The position numbers and the translations under genes were made by a program. The notes beneath the pieces are model-generated. The model was not told the origin of the DNA. It did no database searches and saw nothing but the letters and a program-made list of their open reading frames with translations. A DNA stretch of 62,978 bases, filler included, from Thraustochytrium aureum (lineage: Eukaryota): the NCBI GenBank assembly GCA_012862495.1. It is 7 parts of 3 records of this genome, joined end to end, with 100 filler letters (N's around TTAATTAATTAA, not from the genome) between each part and the next. Parts side by side here need not be neighbours in the genome. Positions count along the whole stretch, not along the records: positions 21,442 to 27,064 come from BLSG01000123.1; positions 27,165 to 47,475 come from BLSG01000123.1; 5 more parts are not named here. One strand, given 5' to 3'. Shown here piece after piece: positions 22,133 through 33,140 of the stretch (position 1 is the stretch's first letter; each line of letters begins with the position of its first letter).

Positions 22133-23925
22133 TCAAAAGGTCTCTTGCATCGACACGCTGACATTCGCCGAGCAGTACGGCGGTGGCGTGTGGATCGAGA
22201 TGGCCAACGTCTCTGGGTGCAGGAAGAAGGGGTCGCCCGTCTTGCGGCACACGTACTGCTCCCAGCCCCCCTTGCGGCCGATCAGGAAGCCGCTCTGCAT
22301 CTTCTCGCGGAACCGCTCGAACTGCGGCGTGCCCAGCACATTGGGCGGGAACTGAATGCTCCATCGAGCGTACGCCTCGTCGGACTCGCTTGGACTCTGC
22401 GGCCAGCTGGGATCCCGGGCAGAGACTGCCTTGCTCGAAATACTGTCGAGCGACAACCGCCTGCCATGCTTGCCCCCCAAGGCTTTTGGCGCCTTGGGCG
22501 CGGACGTGTCGACCGTGGGACTCTGCAGGTTTGCGCGGGTCGACTTGTTTTCGCGGCTCAAGCCCTTTGGTCGCCCCTGCTGGCGCATCGGGGTCGAGCT
22601 CCCCTGCTCGGCTTTGGCTCTGCAGGGACTTGTCGTACCAGTCGAGCTAGCTTGCGCTTGGCTCTGCCGGAGGCCCTCCTGCGTCTTGGCGACATGTGAG
22701 TGTCGGTTTGGAGTCGCGGCGGCGCCCTCAGAGCGGGCCGGCGAGGCAGATCCGCGGCTCGCCTGCGGCCGCTCCCAGAGGCGGTTGAGGGTGCGGTCGA
22801 GCCGCTGGAGGACGCCGAGCTCCAGGTCTCGTCGACAAGGCGTGACGGCCCGCCCGCCGGGCGCTTCTTTGCGTGGGCGAACGAGACGACGCCCTCACTG
22901 AGCATCTTGCGCTCAAGCGCAGCGCGCCGATGCGTCTGAACGAAGAGGGCCTTGCGCGCTTCAAAACTGGTGTAATAGCTGCGGAGCTCCTCGAGCGACT
23001 CTGGGCGCCCTTCGGCTGTCGCGTCCTTGCAGCAGATCGGGAACATGATGNNNNNNNNNNNNNNNNNNNNNNNNNNNNNNNNNNNNNNNNNNNNNNNNNN
23101 NNNNNNNNNNNNNNNNNNNNNNNNNNNNNNNNNNNNNNNNNNNNNNNNNNNNNNNNNNNNNNNNNNNNNNNNNNNNNNNNNNNNNNNNNNNNNNNNNNNN
23201 NNNNNNNNNNNNNNNNNNNNNNNNNNNNNNNNNNNNNNNNNNNNNNNNNNNNNNNNNNNNNNNNNNNNNNNNNNNNNNNNNNNNNNNNNNNNNNNNNNNN
23301 NNNNNNNNNNNNNNNNNNNNNNNNNNNNNNNNNNNNNNNNNNNNNNNNNNNNNNNNNNNNNNNNNNNNNNNNNNNNNNNNNNNNNNNNNNNNNNNNNNNN
23401 NNNNNNNNNNNNNNNNNNNNNNNNNNNNNNNNNNNNNNNNNNNNNNNNNNNNNNNNNNNNNNNNNNNNNNNNNNNNNNNNNNNNNNNNNNNNNNNNNNNN
23501 NNNNNNNNNNNNNNNNNNNNNNNNNNNNNNNNNNNNNNNNNNNNNNNNNNNNNNNNNNNNNNNNNNNNNNNNNNNNNNNNNNNNNNNNNNNNNNNNNNNN
23601 NNNNNNNNNNNNNNNNNNNNNNNNNNNNNNNNNNNNNNNNNNNNNNNNNNNNNNNNNNNNNNNNNNNNNNNNNNNNNNNNNNNNNNNNNNNNNNNNNNNN
23701 NNNNNNNNNNNNNNNNNNNNNNNNNNNNNNNNNNNNNNNNNNNNNNNNNNNNNNNNNNNNNNNNNNNNNNNNNNNNNCATAGCATTCGTTCCCGACCGCG
23801 TATGCACCTAGCGACTTGCCTGCGTCTCGCGAGCTGGGGGCCAAGGCAGCGAGCACATCGCGCAACGCGCCAGCCGGCCAGCCAACTCGTAAAAAACGCA
23901 CCTCGTCGACCGCCGAAGCAGCCAT
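22133..23925 (-). CDS. Hypothetical protein with a C-terminal WW-like motif (N gap, at least one frameshift)
   Basis: ATG 23925 (MAASAVDEVRFLRVGW). A helical segment follows the gap, and the C-terminal GGWEQYVCRKTGDPFFLHPET..S...PP resembles a WW domain lacking the second Trp. Confidence 0.5.
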
Positions 23926-24350
23926 CGAAAGAAAAAGCAAGCATAAAAAGCAAGCATAAAATGCAATACAAACCTAACGAGGCAAAAGCAAAGCAAGCTC
24001 GCCGCTCGCAGAGCTGCGCGGCCCGCGCGATCGGCCGCCCAACGCGACCGCCGCAGCGCGTCCAAGTCGCGTTCAACGCGCAGCGATCAAATGTGGCTCC
24101 TCCGCACCCTAACCCAACACCTAACCCATCCGTCTCGTTTTTGAATGGCGCTTTTGGCAGAGTCGGCGGCCTCCTCGTAGTTTCCTCGGGGATGCCATTT
24201 TGGGGCAAAAATCCTTGACGCATCTCGGTTTTGGCTCCAGGGCGCGCCCAATGCAGCCGCAGACCCGAATCGATCGAGCGCGGCCGGCCGACAGTAGCAG
24301 CAAAAGCAGCAGCAGTAGCAGCAGCAGCGCCTTCTATTCTTGTCGGCGAG

Positions 24351-24878
24351 ATGGCCAAGCAGCCTTCCAAGAAGGCTGCGTCCAGCAAGGCGTCTGCCAA
24401 GAAGTCGACGGATGCCAGCAAGCGGCGCAAGAAGCGCGTGGAGACCTTTTCGTCGTACATTTACAAGGTGCTCAAGCAGGTGCACCCAGATACGGGCATC
24501 TCGCGCAGGGCGATGAGCATCATGAACTCTTTCGTCAACGACTCGTTCGACCGCCTCAGCAATGAGGCCATCAAGCTTGCCCGGTATAATGGCCGCGCCA
24601 CGCTTACCTCGCGTGAGATCCAGACATCCGTGCGCCTGCTTCTCCCCGGCGAGCTCGCCAAGCACGCCGTCTCGGAAGGGACCAAGGCTGTAACCAAGTA
24701 CACGGTAAGTCGACTGGCGTGGCGCCCGGGCCCCAGGATGTCCTGCGCACTAACCCCCAACCCGCTCTGTGCAACTGGCCTGCGCAGACCTCCACCAACG
24801 TAAGTTTACCGACCGCCCTGGTATCTCTCCGCAACAACCGCGGCCTGCTGACACGCGATCCGACCTCGCTTGCAGTAA
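24351..24878 (+). CDS. H2B: Histone H2B; predicted exons 24351-24704, 24788-24799, 24876-24878
   Basis: [25 protein letters not shown]...[32 protein letters not shown]. Two GTAAGT..CTAAC/CTGAC..CAG introns (24705-24787, 24800-24875) give the C-terminus KYTTSTN*. Confidence 0.95.
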
Positions 24879-25249
24879 ACTCCCTCCCCCGCAACGCAAC
24901 GCAAAGCCATCACGCCTCTGGCCGCCGGCGACACCAGTACCCCGACTCGCAGCTGCTGCAGCGGCCGCCGGCAGACGGTGCTGGCTCGTTCGCAGCCCAG
25001 AAAACCAGCCCACGCTCTCGCGCAGGGGCTGCGCGTCTTGCAGCCAAGGCACAACCTCTGCCATCATATGGCGCATTCCCCTCGCAAAAGAAAACATATC
25101 TTTCGACCATGTCCACTCCAGTCACGAGTACGAGCCCTGCTTGGAGCTCCTCTACCGCGACCCCGAGAGAGTTCGTCCCGGCACGCACGCCTTGGCTGGC
25201 TACCGGCACGGAGACTCGCGATGATCATTGCAAATACATTTTTTGACAA

Positions 25250-27064
25250 TTATGCGGACTGGATGCCAGGCGCGGGCTTTTTCAGCTTGCCCAGGGCCTC
25301 CTGGATGGACGACGCCGAGTCGTTGGTCCGCGTGCCGTTCTTTTTGAAGCTGTTCTTGAGCTTCTTGTTAAGCTTGTCAGCTTTGAGCTGCTTGTCGAGC
25401 TGCTTGCTCGTCGCAGCGAGCTTGTCGGCAACCGCGCCTGGCTCGGCCCGCTTGCGCTTGTCGTCCTGCGCCACCTTTTTCTTGTCGACCGCGCGCGCGA
25501 CGACGTTCTCGTCGCGAGCCTTGACGAGCGACTTGCAAAACATGTGCGCAGTGGCAAGTAGCTGCGAAGCCGAGCACTTGGAGGCCACCTCGCCGTGCAT
25601 CTCAAGCACGCGCGCCGACTGCGCCTCCAGCGAGGCCATCTGCTTTTTGATCTGCTCGGTGACCGGCTTGCCCGACTCGACAAGAAAGGGCTTCATGGCG
25701 TCGATAAACTCGCGCGCCCCAGGCGCGTTTGAAGGGACGCCAAACGTGTCGCCCGACGAGGCCTTGAGCTCGCGCTCAACCAGATCGCAGCCCTTGACCA
25801 GTTGGGCAAAGTCGGCCTTGAGGTCCTCGAGCTTGATGCTCGCCGCCTCCTCGAGCTTGTCGAGCTTGCTGACGAGCTCAAACATCTCGGGCGAGCGCGC
25901 CTCAGCGACTTCGGCGACCCAGTGCAGGAGCGAGTACTTGGAGTTACCGGTCGCCTTCGCCTGGGCCAGTTTTTGGAGGCCTGTGCTGACCTCGATGCCC
26001 CAGGCCCCCGCAGTGGTCTTATTGCCGCTGTTGACATAGTTGCCTGCCACGAGGACGAGGTGCAAGAGCTGTTTCCACTCGCGGGACGCCATCAATTGGC
26101 GGCAACCCGCCTCGTACTTGGCGATGGCCTCTTGCAGGCATTCGCTCTGGCGCTCAAAGGTCATCTCCACAAACACGGCCTGAAGCCGCTGCCGGAGCCG
26201 CGGCACCTTGGCCATCTCATACACAAACTGCTCGACGCGGCTGAGGCCCGCAGAAAAGGGGCCAGGCCCGCTCCACTCGCCTTCGGCAGCCTTGATGGCC
26301 TGGACCTCCTCGGGTGTCGGCACCATGGTGATGAGCTTGTGCACCACCTCCATCGTGAAAAAGTTGGAGTCCATCTTGACGATGTTCTCCTTGAGCTCCT
26401 CCACGGGCTCCTTGAACCGGGCCAGCGCGATGCCGAGGTTTTGCTGCCGCTTGCCGTCGAGGAGAGGCGGGCGCTCCGACCCAGTCGCCTTCTCCTTGGA
26501 CTTGTCCGCTGCCGCGCCGATCTTCTTGCCCTCCATCTTGGAGAACTGCGCCTCAAGCGCGCCGAGGTGCTGGTCTATTGGGAACGGCGGCGAGTCGGGC
26601 AAGGTGGCCCAAATGGAGTTTTCGACGCGCTTCGCCGGCAGCACGTTCCAAAAGATTCCGCGCAAAGGCTTGTTGCTGTTTTTGCGCAACTCGCCGCGCT
26701 TTGTGGTTTCATACTTGCTCTTCGGCTTTGGTGGCTCCGCGGGCTCGGCTGCTTTGGCCTGTAGCACAGGCGCTGCGGGAGTTCCTGGCAAGGGCGGTGG
26801 GGGGGTGGGCCGCCGCCACACGCCGGACCTGTCGTCGAGAAAAAGTCACCGGGCAGCTGCACGCCGTCGCGAGCCGCGGCCTGCATGATGGCGCCTTCCG
26901 GGAGGCTTGCTTTCTGCATTTTCCGGTACTTGGCGAATTTTGGGTCTTCCTGGACGACGGCTGGCGCGGCGGCGGCCGCCGGGGCCGGAGCCGTGAAAAA
27001 GTCGCCTGGAAGCGGCACGCCGTCTCGGGCTGCGGCCTGTACGATGGCGCCTTCCGGGAGGCTT
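25250..27064 (-). CDS. Formin (FH1 + FH2), 5' truncated, frameshift near 26820
   Basis: Polyproline PTPPPPLP. FH2 motifs LRGIFWNVL...IW, LLDGKRQQNLGIALARF, PTPEE, VPRLRQRL, LVAGNYVNSG, GAWG...LQKL. Confidence 0.92.
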
Positions 27065-27164
27065 NNNNNNNNNNNNNNNNNNNNNNNNNNNNNNNNNNNN
27101 NNNNNNNNTTAATTAATTAANNNNNNNNNNNNNNNNNNNNNNNNNNNNNNNNNNNNNNNNNNNN
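27065..27164. other. Artificial scaffold linker 3
   Basis: 44 N + TTAATTAATTAA (27109-27120) + 44 N. Confidence 0.97.
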
Positions 27165-30100
27165 GTTCATGCGCGTTAGTGGCAAGCTCAAGGCATCCGG
27201 CCAAGGCTGCATGGCTGACGCCGGCCCTGGCCACGGTTGCTCAAGCACGACCGGAGCTGGAGGAGGCGGCGGCCACGGCGGCCTGGGCGGCGAGGGCATC
27301 GGGTGCTGGACCCGCGGCGCCACCTACGACTCGGTCAACGTGCCAATTATTTCCGGGAGCGGGGGCGGTCGGGCATGTCCGGCATTGGCGGAGGGAACGG
27401 CGGCGGCGTCGTCTACGTCGGAGCGACTGAGGTGCTCGAGCTAGACGGCACGATTGCCGCTGACGGCTCAGACGGCGCTGGCCAGGAAACCAAGCGGGGC
27501 TCGGCCGGGGGCGGAGGGTCTGGCGGCTCTGTGCAGGTCTCTGCGCCAAAGATTTGCACCACCAAGCCTGGGTCCGCGCTCGTGTCGGCCAGTGGCGGCA
27601 ACGGCGGCGAAGGGGGCGGCGGGGGCGGTGGAGGGGGCCGAATCGCGATCAACTTTACTGACGAGTTTTCCGGCGGGATTCGCGCCGCCGCTCAAGGGGC
27701 GCCGCGAGGCTCGCGCTTTGTGCTCCCCTCTGGGACCTCGTGCACCCACTTTGGCAACTTTTCGTCCCGGATCTCAGCTAGCGGCGGCGAACAGGGCCGC
27801 GAGACGCAGGCGCAGGGCGAGCGCGGTGACGGCCGTGTGCGCAGGGGGACCGCCGGCTCGATCGCCTCGCCGGTCTGCAGCGAGGGCCACGGAGGGTCCT
27901 GGTGCATGCTGTGCGACTTTGGGTTTTACAAAGGGAGCCCAGGCCCCGGACCCTGCCAGCCCTGCGATCGGCGCGACTGCATCACCAAAGGGACCTGTGT
28001 CTGGATGGCAGAAGGCGCTACAGATCCTTACTGCCCCGTGATATGCAACCCTGGCTACGTCTTGCCAAACTGCGTCTCTCCAGTGGAAAACCTGATTCAG
28101 GCCATGGGCGGCATCGTCGTGTTCGCTGTGGTGATTGCCGCGCTGGGGCTCCTGCTGGTCGTCGTGTTCACCTGCGTCTGCACGCGCGTGGAGTGGTGCC
28201 CAGGCTACTATGCAAACGAAGCAAAACTCTTGCGCAAGCGCATGCGTACTGCGACAGCGCTGCGCGACCACCGCCGCCAGCTCGGCTTTGCAGTTGACGC
28301 GGACGGCGCCGTCGCCGAGCTCGAAAGCTCAGGCCTGGCGCCGCTCCTCCAGGGCGACGCTGGCAGCCTCCTGGACGAGGCCGGCGCCGGCATGGGCGCC
28401 TCGAGCGAGGCCGGCTTGACAGCCTCGCCCGGCACGCCGAGCCTGAACGGGGGCGAGTACAGCGAGTTTATTCCGTCGGGCCAGCGGGGGCGGGGCGCCG
28501 CGGCTGCAAAGCGGGCCAAGCGCGCGGCGCAGCGCAGGGCATCCTCCGCTGGCGTGCAGAACGGCCGACTGTGCGAGGGCGACGTGCCCTTTCACCTGAC
28601 TCGGATTTATCTTGCGGGGACTAACAGAACTGGAGACCCGTGGCGCATGCCCGAAAACCTGCCCCGCGCCCTGGAGGGAACAGGCTGCTTGACGCGGTCG
28701 GGTACACGGCCATGGCTCGGCGAGTGAACGAGCTCGCGCGCTTCTCGGCTGCAACTCGCGCGCTCAGCGTCCTGCTGCACGTTGTCTGCTACCCGCTCGG
28801 TTACTTGTACATGAAGCGGCAGCGCCGCGTTCGCGCGTATGTGATCCGCGAGTTTTTCGCGACCTACGACCACGCGTGCGTCAACAACACGCGCGCCAGG
28901 GCGCTGATGAACACGTTCAAGTTTGGCCGCGACAAGGACGCCACGCTGTGCTACGTAGATGTGCTCGGGAGCAAGCCGACCAGCCCGCTCGGGCGGGAGG
29001 CGCGCCTTCCGCTCTTGCTATTCTTGTCCGGGGACGGCTCCTACTGGAATCCGTACTACATCGACTGGAGCGACATGCTCGTGCGCGCAGTCCCGCACCT
29101 CGTGGAGCTTCGCTCGTTCATCGACCAGGCCTGGGCGGACCTCGTCACGAATCTGCTCACTGCGGCGTTGCGCCCGCTTGACCCAGACGCCGTCGCAGAG
29201 ACCGCCCTGCCGGCGATGCGGGTTCTGGACCGCTTTGGGACGAGCGACCGGCTCGGGGGACTCGCTCTGCGTCTGGGCATCTTTGCCACACCGGGCTTTG
29301 AAGACTCTGCACTGGCGGACGGGGCGACTTGGGCTAGCCAGGCGTCTGCGAGAGCGCGGCTGCCGTTGCGGCTCTCTCCGGGTATGCGTTTTGGCCTCGT
29401 GCTCGCGCGGGACCTAAGCTCTGTTTCCGCCACCGCAAGCGCGATGACCCCGCCAGAGCTGAGCGACTATGTCGGTCCAAGCTCCATGGTGACCCGTGTC
29501 GCGAGCATCGCGCTCACGACCGGCTCTGGCGCTTCAAACGCTGAAGCGGCCACGGCGCTACCGCCCGCTTCGCCTGTTGCGCACGCAGGCGTGATCGGCG
29601 AGATGCTGTCTCGTGACGAGATACGTGCGGGGGCGCGGCGTTGGAGGCCTTCNNNNNNNNNNNNNNNNNNNNNNNNNNNNNNNNNNNNNNNNNNNNNNNN
29701 NNNNNNNNNNNNNNNNNNNNNNNNNNNNNNNNNNNNNNNNNNNNNNNNNNNNNNNNNNNNNNNNNNNNNNNNNNNNNNNNNNNNNNNNNNNNNNNNNNNN
29801 NNNNNNNNNNNNNNNNNNNNNNNNNNNNNNNNNNNNNNNNNNNNNNNNNNNNNNNNNNNNNNNNNNNNNNNNNNNNNNNNNNNNNNNNNNNGAGATACGT
29901 GCGGGGGCGGCGGCGTTGGAGGCCTTCGAGCTCGAGGAGAGGCGGCGCCAGGCTCACGCTGAAGGCGGCCTTGGCCCCAGCCTTGGGGCGGCGGAGGAGG
30001 CGAGCGTTGTGCTGAACGCCGACCACGCGACAGAAGGCGAGCCCCTCGTGGCGGCTCCCAGCTGGACCGTGGACGGCGTAAAGTCGGTGGACTTGGACGG

Positions 30101-31027
30101 CCTGGCATCTGCCGAGGAGGCTGGGGGTTGCGCAGCGGCGACAATAAGGAACGAGGCGCTGCTCGCGTCGGAAGCGCGGCGGAGGGGCGGGGGCAAGTTT
30201 TCGACCTGGCACGGAGCAAGCGGGCTGGGCCTGGGACTCTGCGGAGCACCACTCGGAGGCGGACGGGTCCACGACGAGCGGCTTGCCGCGCTCAAACGGT
30301 TTCGAAGACGGCGCACAGGTTTCGGCAAGCCCGTTCGTGGGACGGCTGCTCAGCCGGCGCGCCATTGACGACTACTTTGACAGCTTGGGCGACTACGACG
30401 ACAACGAGGAGGACAACGTGCGGCAGCGCGGCGTCGATGCGGAGACGGCTGGCGGCGGCGAGCTGGGGCGGCGCGCGCGACAGCGACTCGGGGGCCGAGA
30501 CCGGAGCGTGCGGAGCTTGCGTCGCTGGCGAGGTCTCCCGCGCGTCGTCCTCCATCAGGCGAAACCTGGGTGTTCTCCTCAACCGGGCGCCTCGCAAGCG
30601 GGGAAGCCAGCTGTTTTCTCGCGTGTACATCTCTGTCTTGCTCGCGATCGACGTGGCCTGTACGTTTTTCCTTCTGACGACTTTTTTCTGTGTGAATCGC
30701 GACGGCCAGGCGTGCAGTCGCACGCTCTTCGTCCTGGCCAATGCGGTGTACCCGTTTGCGCTGATTGTGGGGCCGCTCTTGGGCTTGACGTTTGTGGTGT
30801 TTCCTCTGTCGGGGATGGGTCGCCAGTACGCTGTGTGGAACTCGCTCGCGGCGATCAACGCTGCAGTGGCCTGCGTCCTCAGCGCAGCGTATTGGGACCG
30901 GTTTTCGTTCAACGCGGGCCTCTTCTCTGCGCTGCTTTTAGTCGTCAAGTTTCTGCAGAGCCGCGCCGTAGACTGGTACATCGCCATGGTGGAGACAGAC
31001 CGCGGGCGCCGCCGCCAGCGAAACTAG
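27165..31027 (+). CDS. Large Gly-rich, Cys-rich membrane protein resembling the Arabidopsis At5g11700/At4g32920 family; 5' truncated, several frameshifts
   Basis: GGGHGGLGG, GGGGSGGSV and GGGGGRI repeats, a Cys-rich C..G.YK module and a TM helix. Then HLTRIYLAGTN..DPW, YDHACVNNTRARAL and FLSGDGSYWNPY, followed by a C-terminal multi-TM region ending VDWYIAMVE. Family recognised from memory. Confidence 0.78.
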
Positions 31028-31165
31028 CGCGCGCTCTGGCTCGGAATTGGGACTTTTTTTTTCTTGTTCGTTTTTGTCGTCTGGTTTTTTTGAAGTTTTT
31101 TTTCAGGGCGGCGAGGCAGAGGCAGACTCCCGAGCGCAGCGCGGCAGACGCACTGCAGGCCTCGG

Positions 31166-31198
<33 letters not shown>

Positions 31199-31219
31199 CT
31201 GCTGCTGCTGCTGCTGCTG
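31166..31219 (+). repeat. (GCT)n microsatellite
   Basis: About 17 GCT units just upstream of RNase H2C. Confidence 0.9.
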
Positions 31220-31251
31220 AGCGGAGCAGGTCTCTTGTTTGCTGGCAGACA

Positions 31252-31791
31252 ATGAGCGCGAAGCGCAGCTTTGCGGAGGCGGCGCGAGGGTCTGGAAACC
31301 AGCCGAGGCGGATCGTGGTGCAGGGCGCGGCCGAGTCACTCCGCGACCTGAAGCCCGTGAGCGTGCACCACTTGCCTTGCAAGGTGCACAGCGACGGCAT
31401 CGCGGACGTTCAAGCGTACTTTAAGGTGCAGGAGAGCGAGGACCTCGCAGCCTCGCTGCGGTCAGACGACGGCGCGCCGGCAAAGCTAAAATACAGCACC
31501 TTTCGCGGGCGCAAACTGATTGGTGCGACGCTGGCGCTGCCAAAAGGCATGCAGGGCCTCGTCTTGCAGCCGCGGCCATTGCAGGCCGGCGGCACTATGT
31601 CGAACAAGAAGCGGGTGCAGGCCGCGCGCGACGGCGCTACGGAGGACGCGGAGGACGACACGGAGGTTTGGGACTGCCACGCCGTTTTTGAGGAGATTAC
31701 ATACTGGAACTATGACCGCGTGCCGTCCGACATGGACGAGGCGCGCAGGTGGACCGAGTGGCTTGACGTTGCTGGCGCCATCCACGGCTGA
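31252..31791 (+). CDS. RNASEH2C: Ribonuclease H2 subunit C
   Basis: VHHLPCKVHSDG.ADVQAYF, STFRGRKLIG...LPKGMQGLVL, FEEITYWNYDRVP, WLDVAGAIH. Confidence 0.9.
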   Translation: MSAKRSFAEAARGSGNQPRRIVVQGAAESLRDLKPVSVHHLPCKVHSDGIADVQAYFKVQESEDLAASLRSDDGAPAKLKYSTFRGRKLIGATLALPKGMQGLVLQPRPLQAGGTMSNKKRVQAARDGATEDAEDDTEVWDCHAVFEEITYWNYDRVPSDMDEARRWTEWLDVAGAIHG

Positions 31792-31890
31792 GAGCCGTCG
31801 CCGAAACGAAAACGCATGCTTCAACCCCCATACACTTGATATTCTCTCGATATTCTCTCCATTCCAAACCATGATGCAAGCACGGGCTCG

Positions 31891-33140
31891 CTACCAGAGC
31901 CCCGAGTGAACACTTACAAAGCATCGGGTCCGCTCGAGCCAGGCGCGCCTGTGCATCGCCACTGTCGCGCATGCGTGATACGGGACCACTCTGAGACGCG
32001 TGCCCAGCGGGCACCGCTGCGCGAGGTCGTCCTCGCCCCCACCTGAGCCCGCGCGGCGCTCAATCACGCCGCACTCTTGCTTGAGCTCGCTGACGCGAAG
32101 ATCGGTGTGCCCTTGGACGATGCCAAACCACTCGGTGTCCTGCTCGCCCTGCTTGGACAGTGCGGACCAGCCCATGTCGACCAGAATGCGGCCGTCCTTG
32201 TGGCCGATGACGCTCGTTTCGATCGCGATGGCCACGCTCGAGAGTGAGCAAACGCCAAAACTGGCCTGCATTGCGTCAAAGAAAACGTAGTTGCCTGGGT
32301 GGATCTCGGTGACCGGGTGAAGCGCGTTGGGCGGCACAGCGCAGGTTGGCGTGGACCCGACGCTGACGGTGAACAAATTCGCGCCGAGGGCCTCGGCGCG
32401 AATTTTCTGTCAAGCTGCGCCACGGCATCGCGCTCTTGCACTGCGATGGCGTGGATGGCGTGCAGGCCTTCGCCCGTGTAGGAGTGCCCTGCGTGCGTGT
32501 ACAGGCCTGTCAGCGCGAGACCGGGGGACTCTGACACCTTGCGCGCGACCACCATTGCCTCTGGGGACTCTGCGGGCAGCCCGTCGCGTCCGTATCCGCA
32601 GTCGACCATGAGCTGGACGTTCCAGGGGCGCGCTGCAGCCTCGGGTTTGTAGTTGGCAACATAGTGGTCCTCGAGCCAGTTCGCGGCTTTGAGCGAGTCC
32701 ACCACGACAGTGAACCGCGGGACACGGAGGTGGAGGCTCCAGGCTGCCGCGATCTTGCATGGCACAAGGGTTGCGGCGAGCAGGATGTCGTCAAACCCGT
32801 TGTCGGCGTACACGGTCGCGGTGTGGAGGTTGGACACGACTATGCCAGTCTCTCTTGCGGTAGGCTGCTGCACCAGCGCCAGCTCGATTGTCTTGTGCGT
32901 TTTCACGTGCGGCCGCAGCTGGACGCCCAGCGCGGCGGCCGTTTGCAGCATCTTGCGAGCGTTCCTCTCGACGAGGACCTCGTCGACGACGAGCGCGGGC
33001 GTGCAAGGAGCCACCTGCTCGCCCAGCTCGACCTGCAGTCCCACCTCCCGCTTGACCCGCTTCGTCCCGCCTCGTCCCGAGGCATCCTGCTCGTCCCTAC
33101 CGCCGGCCTCGCGCGACGTTTCCTTTCCCGGCGCGTCCAT
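31891..33140 (-). CDS. PLP/Zn-dependent D-serine dehydratase-like enzyme (Dsd1 / D-threonine aldolase family, alanine-racemase fold); frameshift near 32390
   Basis: TPALVVD, LRPHVKTHK (PLP lysine), VDCGYGRDG, GLYTHAGHSY, VSVGSTPT, TEIHPGNYVFFD, RVVPYHAC. Confidence 0.88.
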
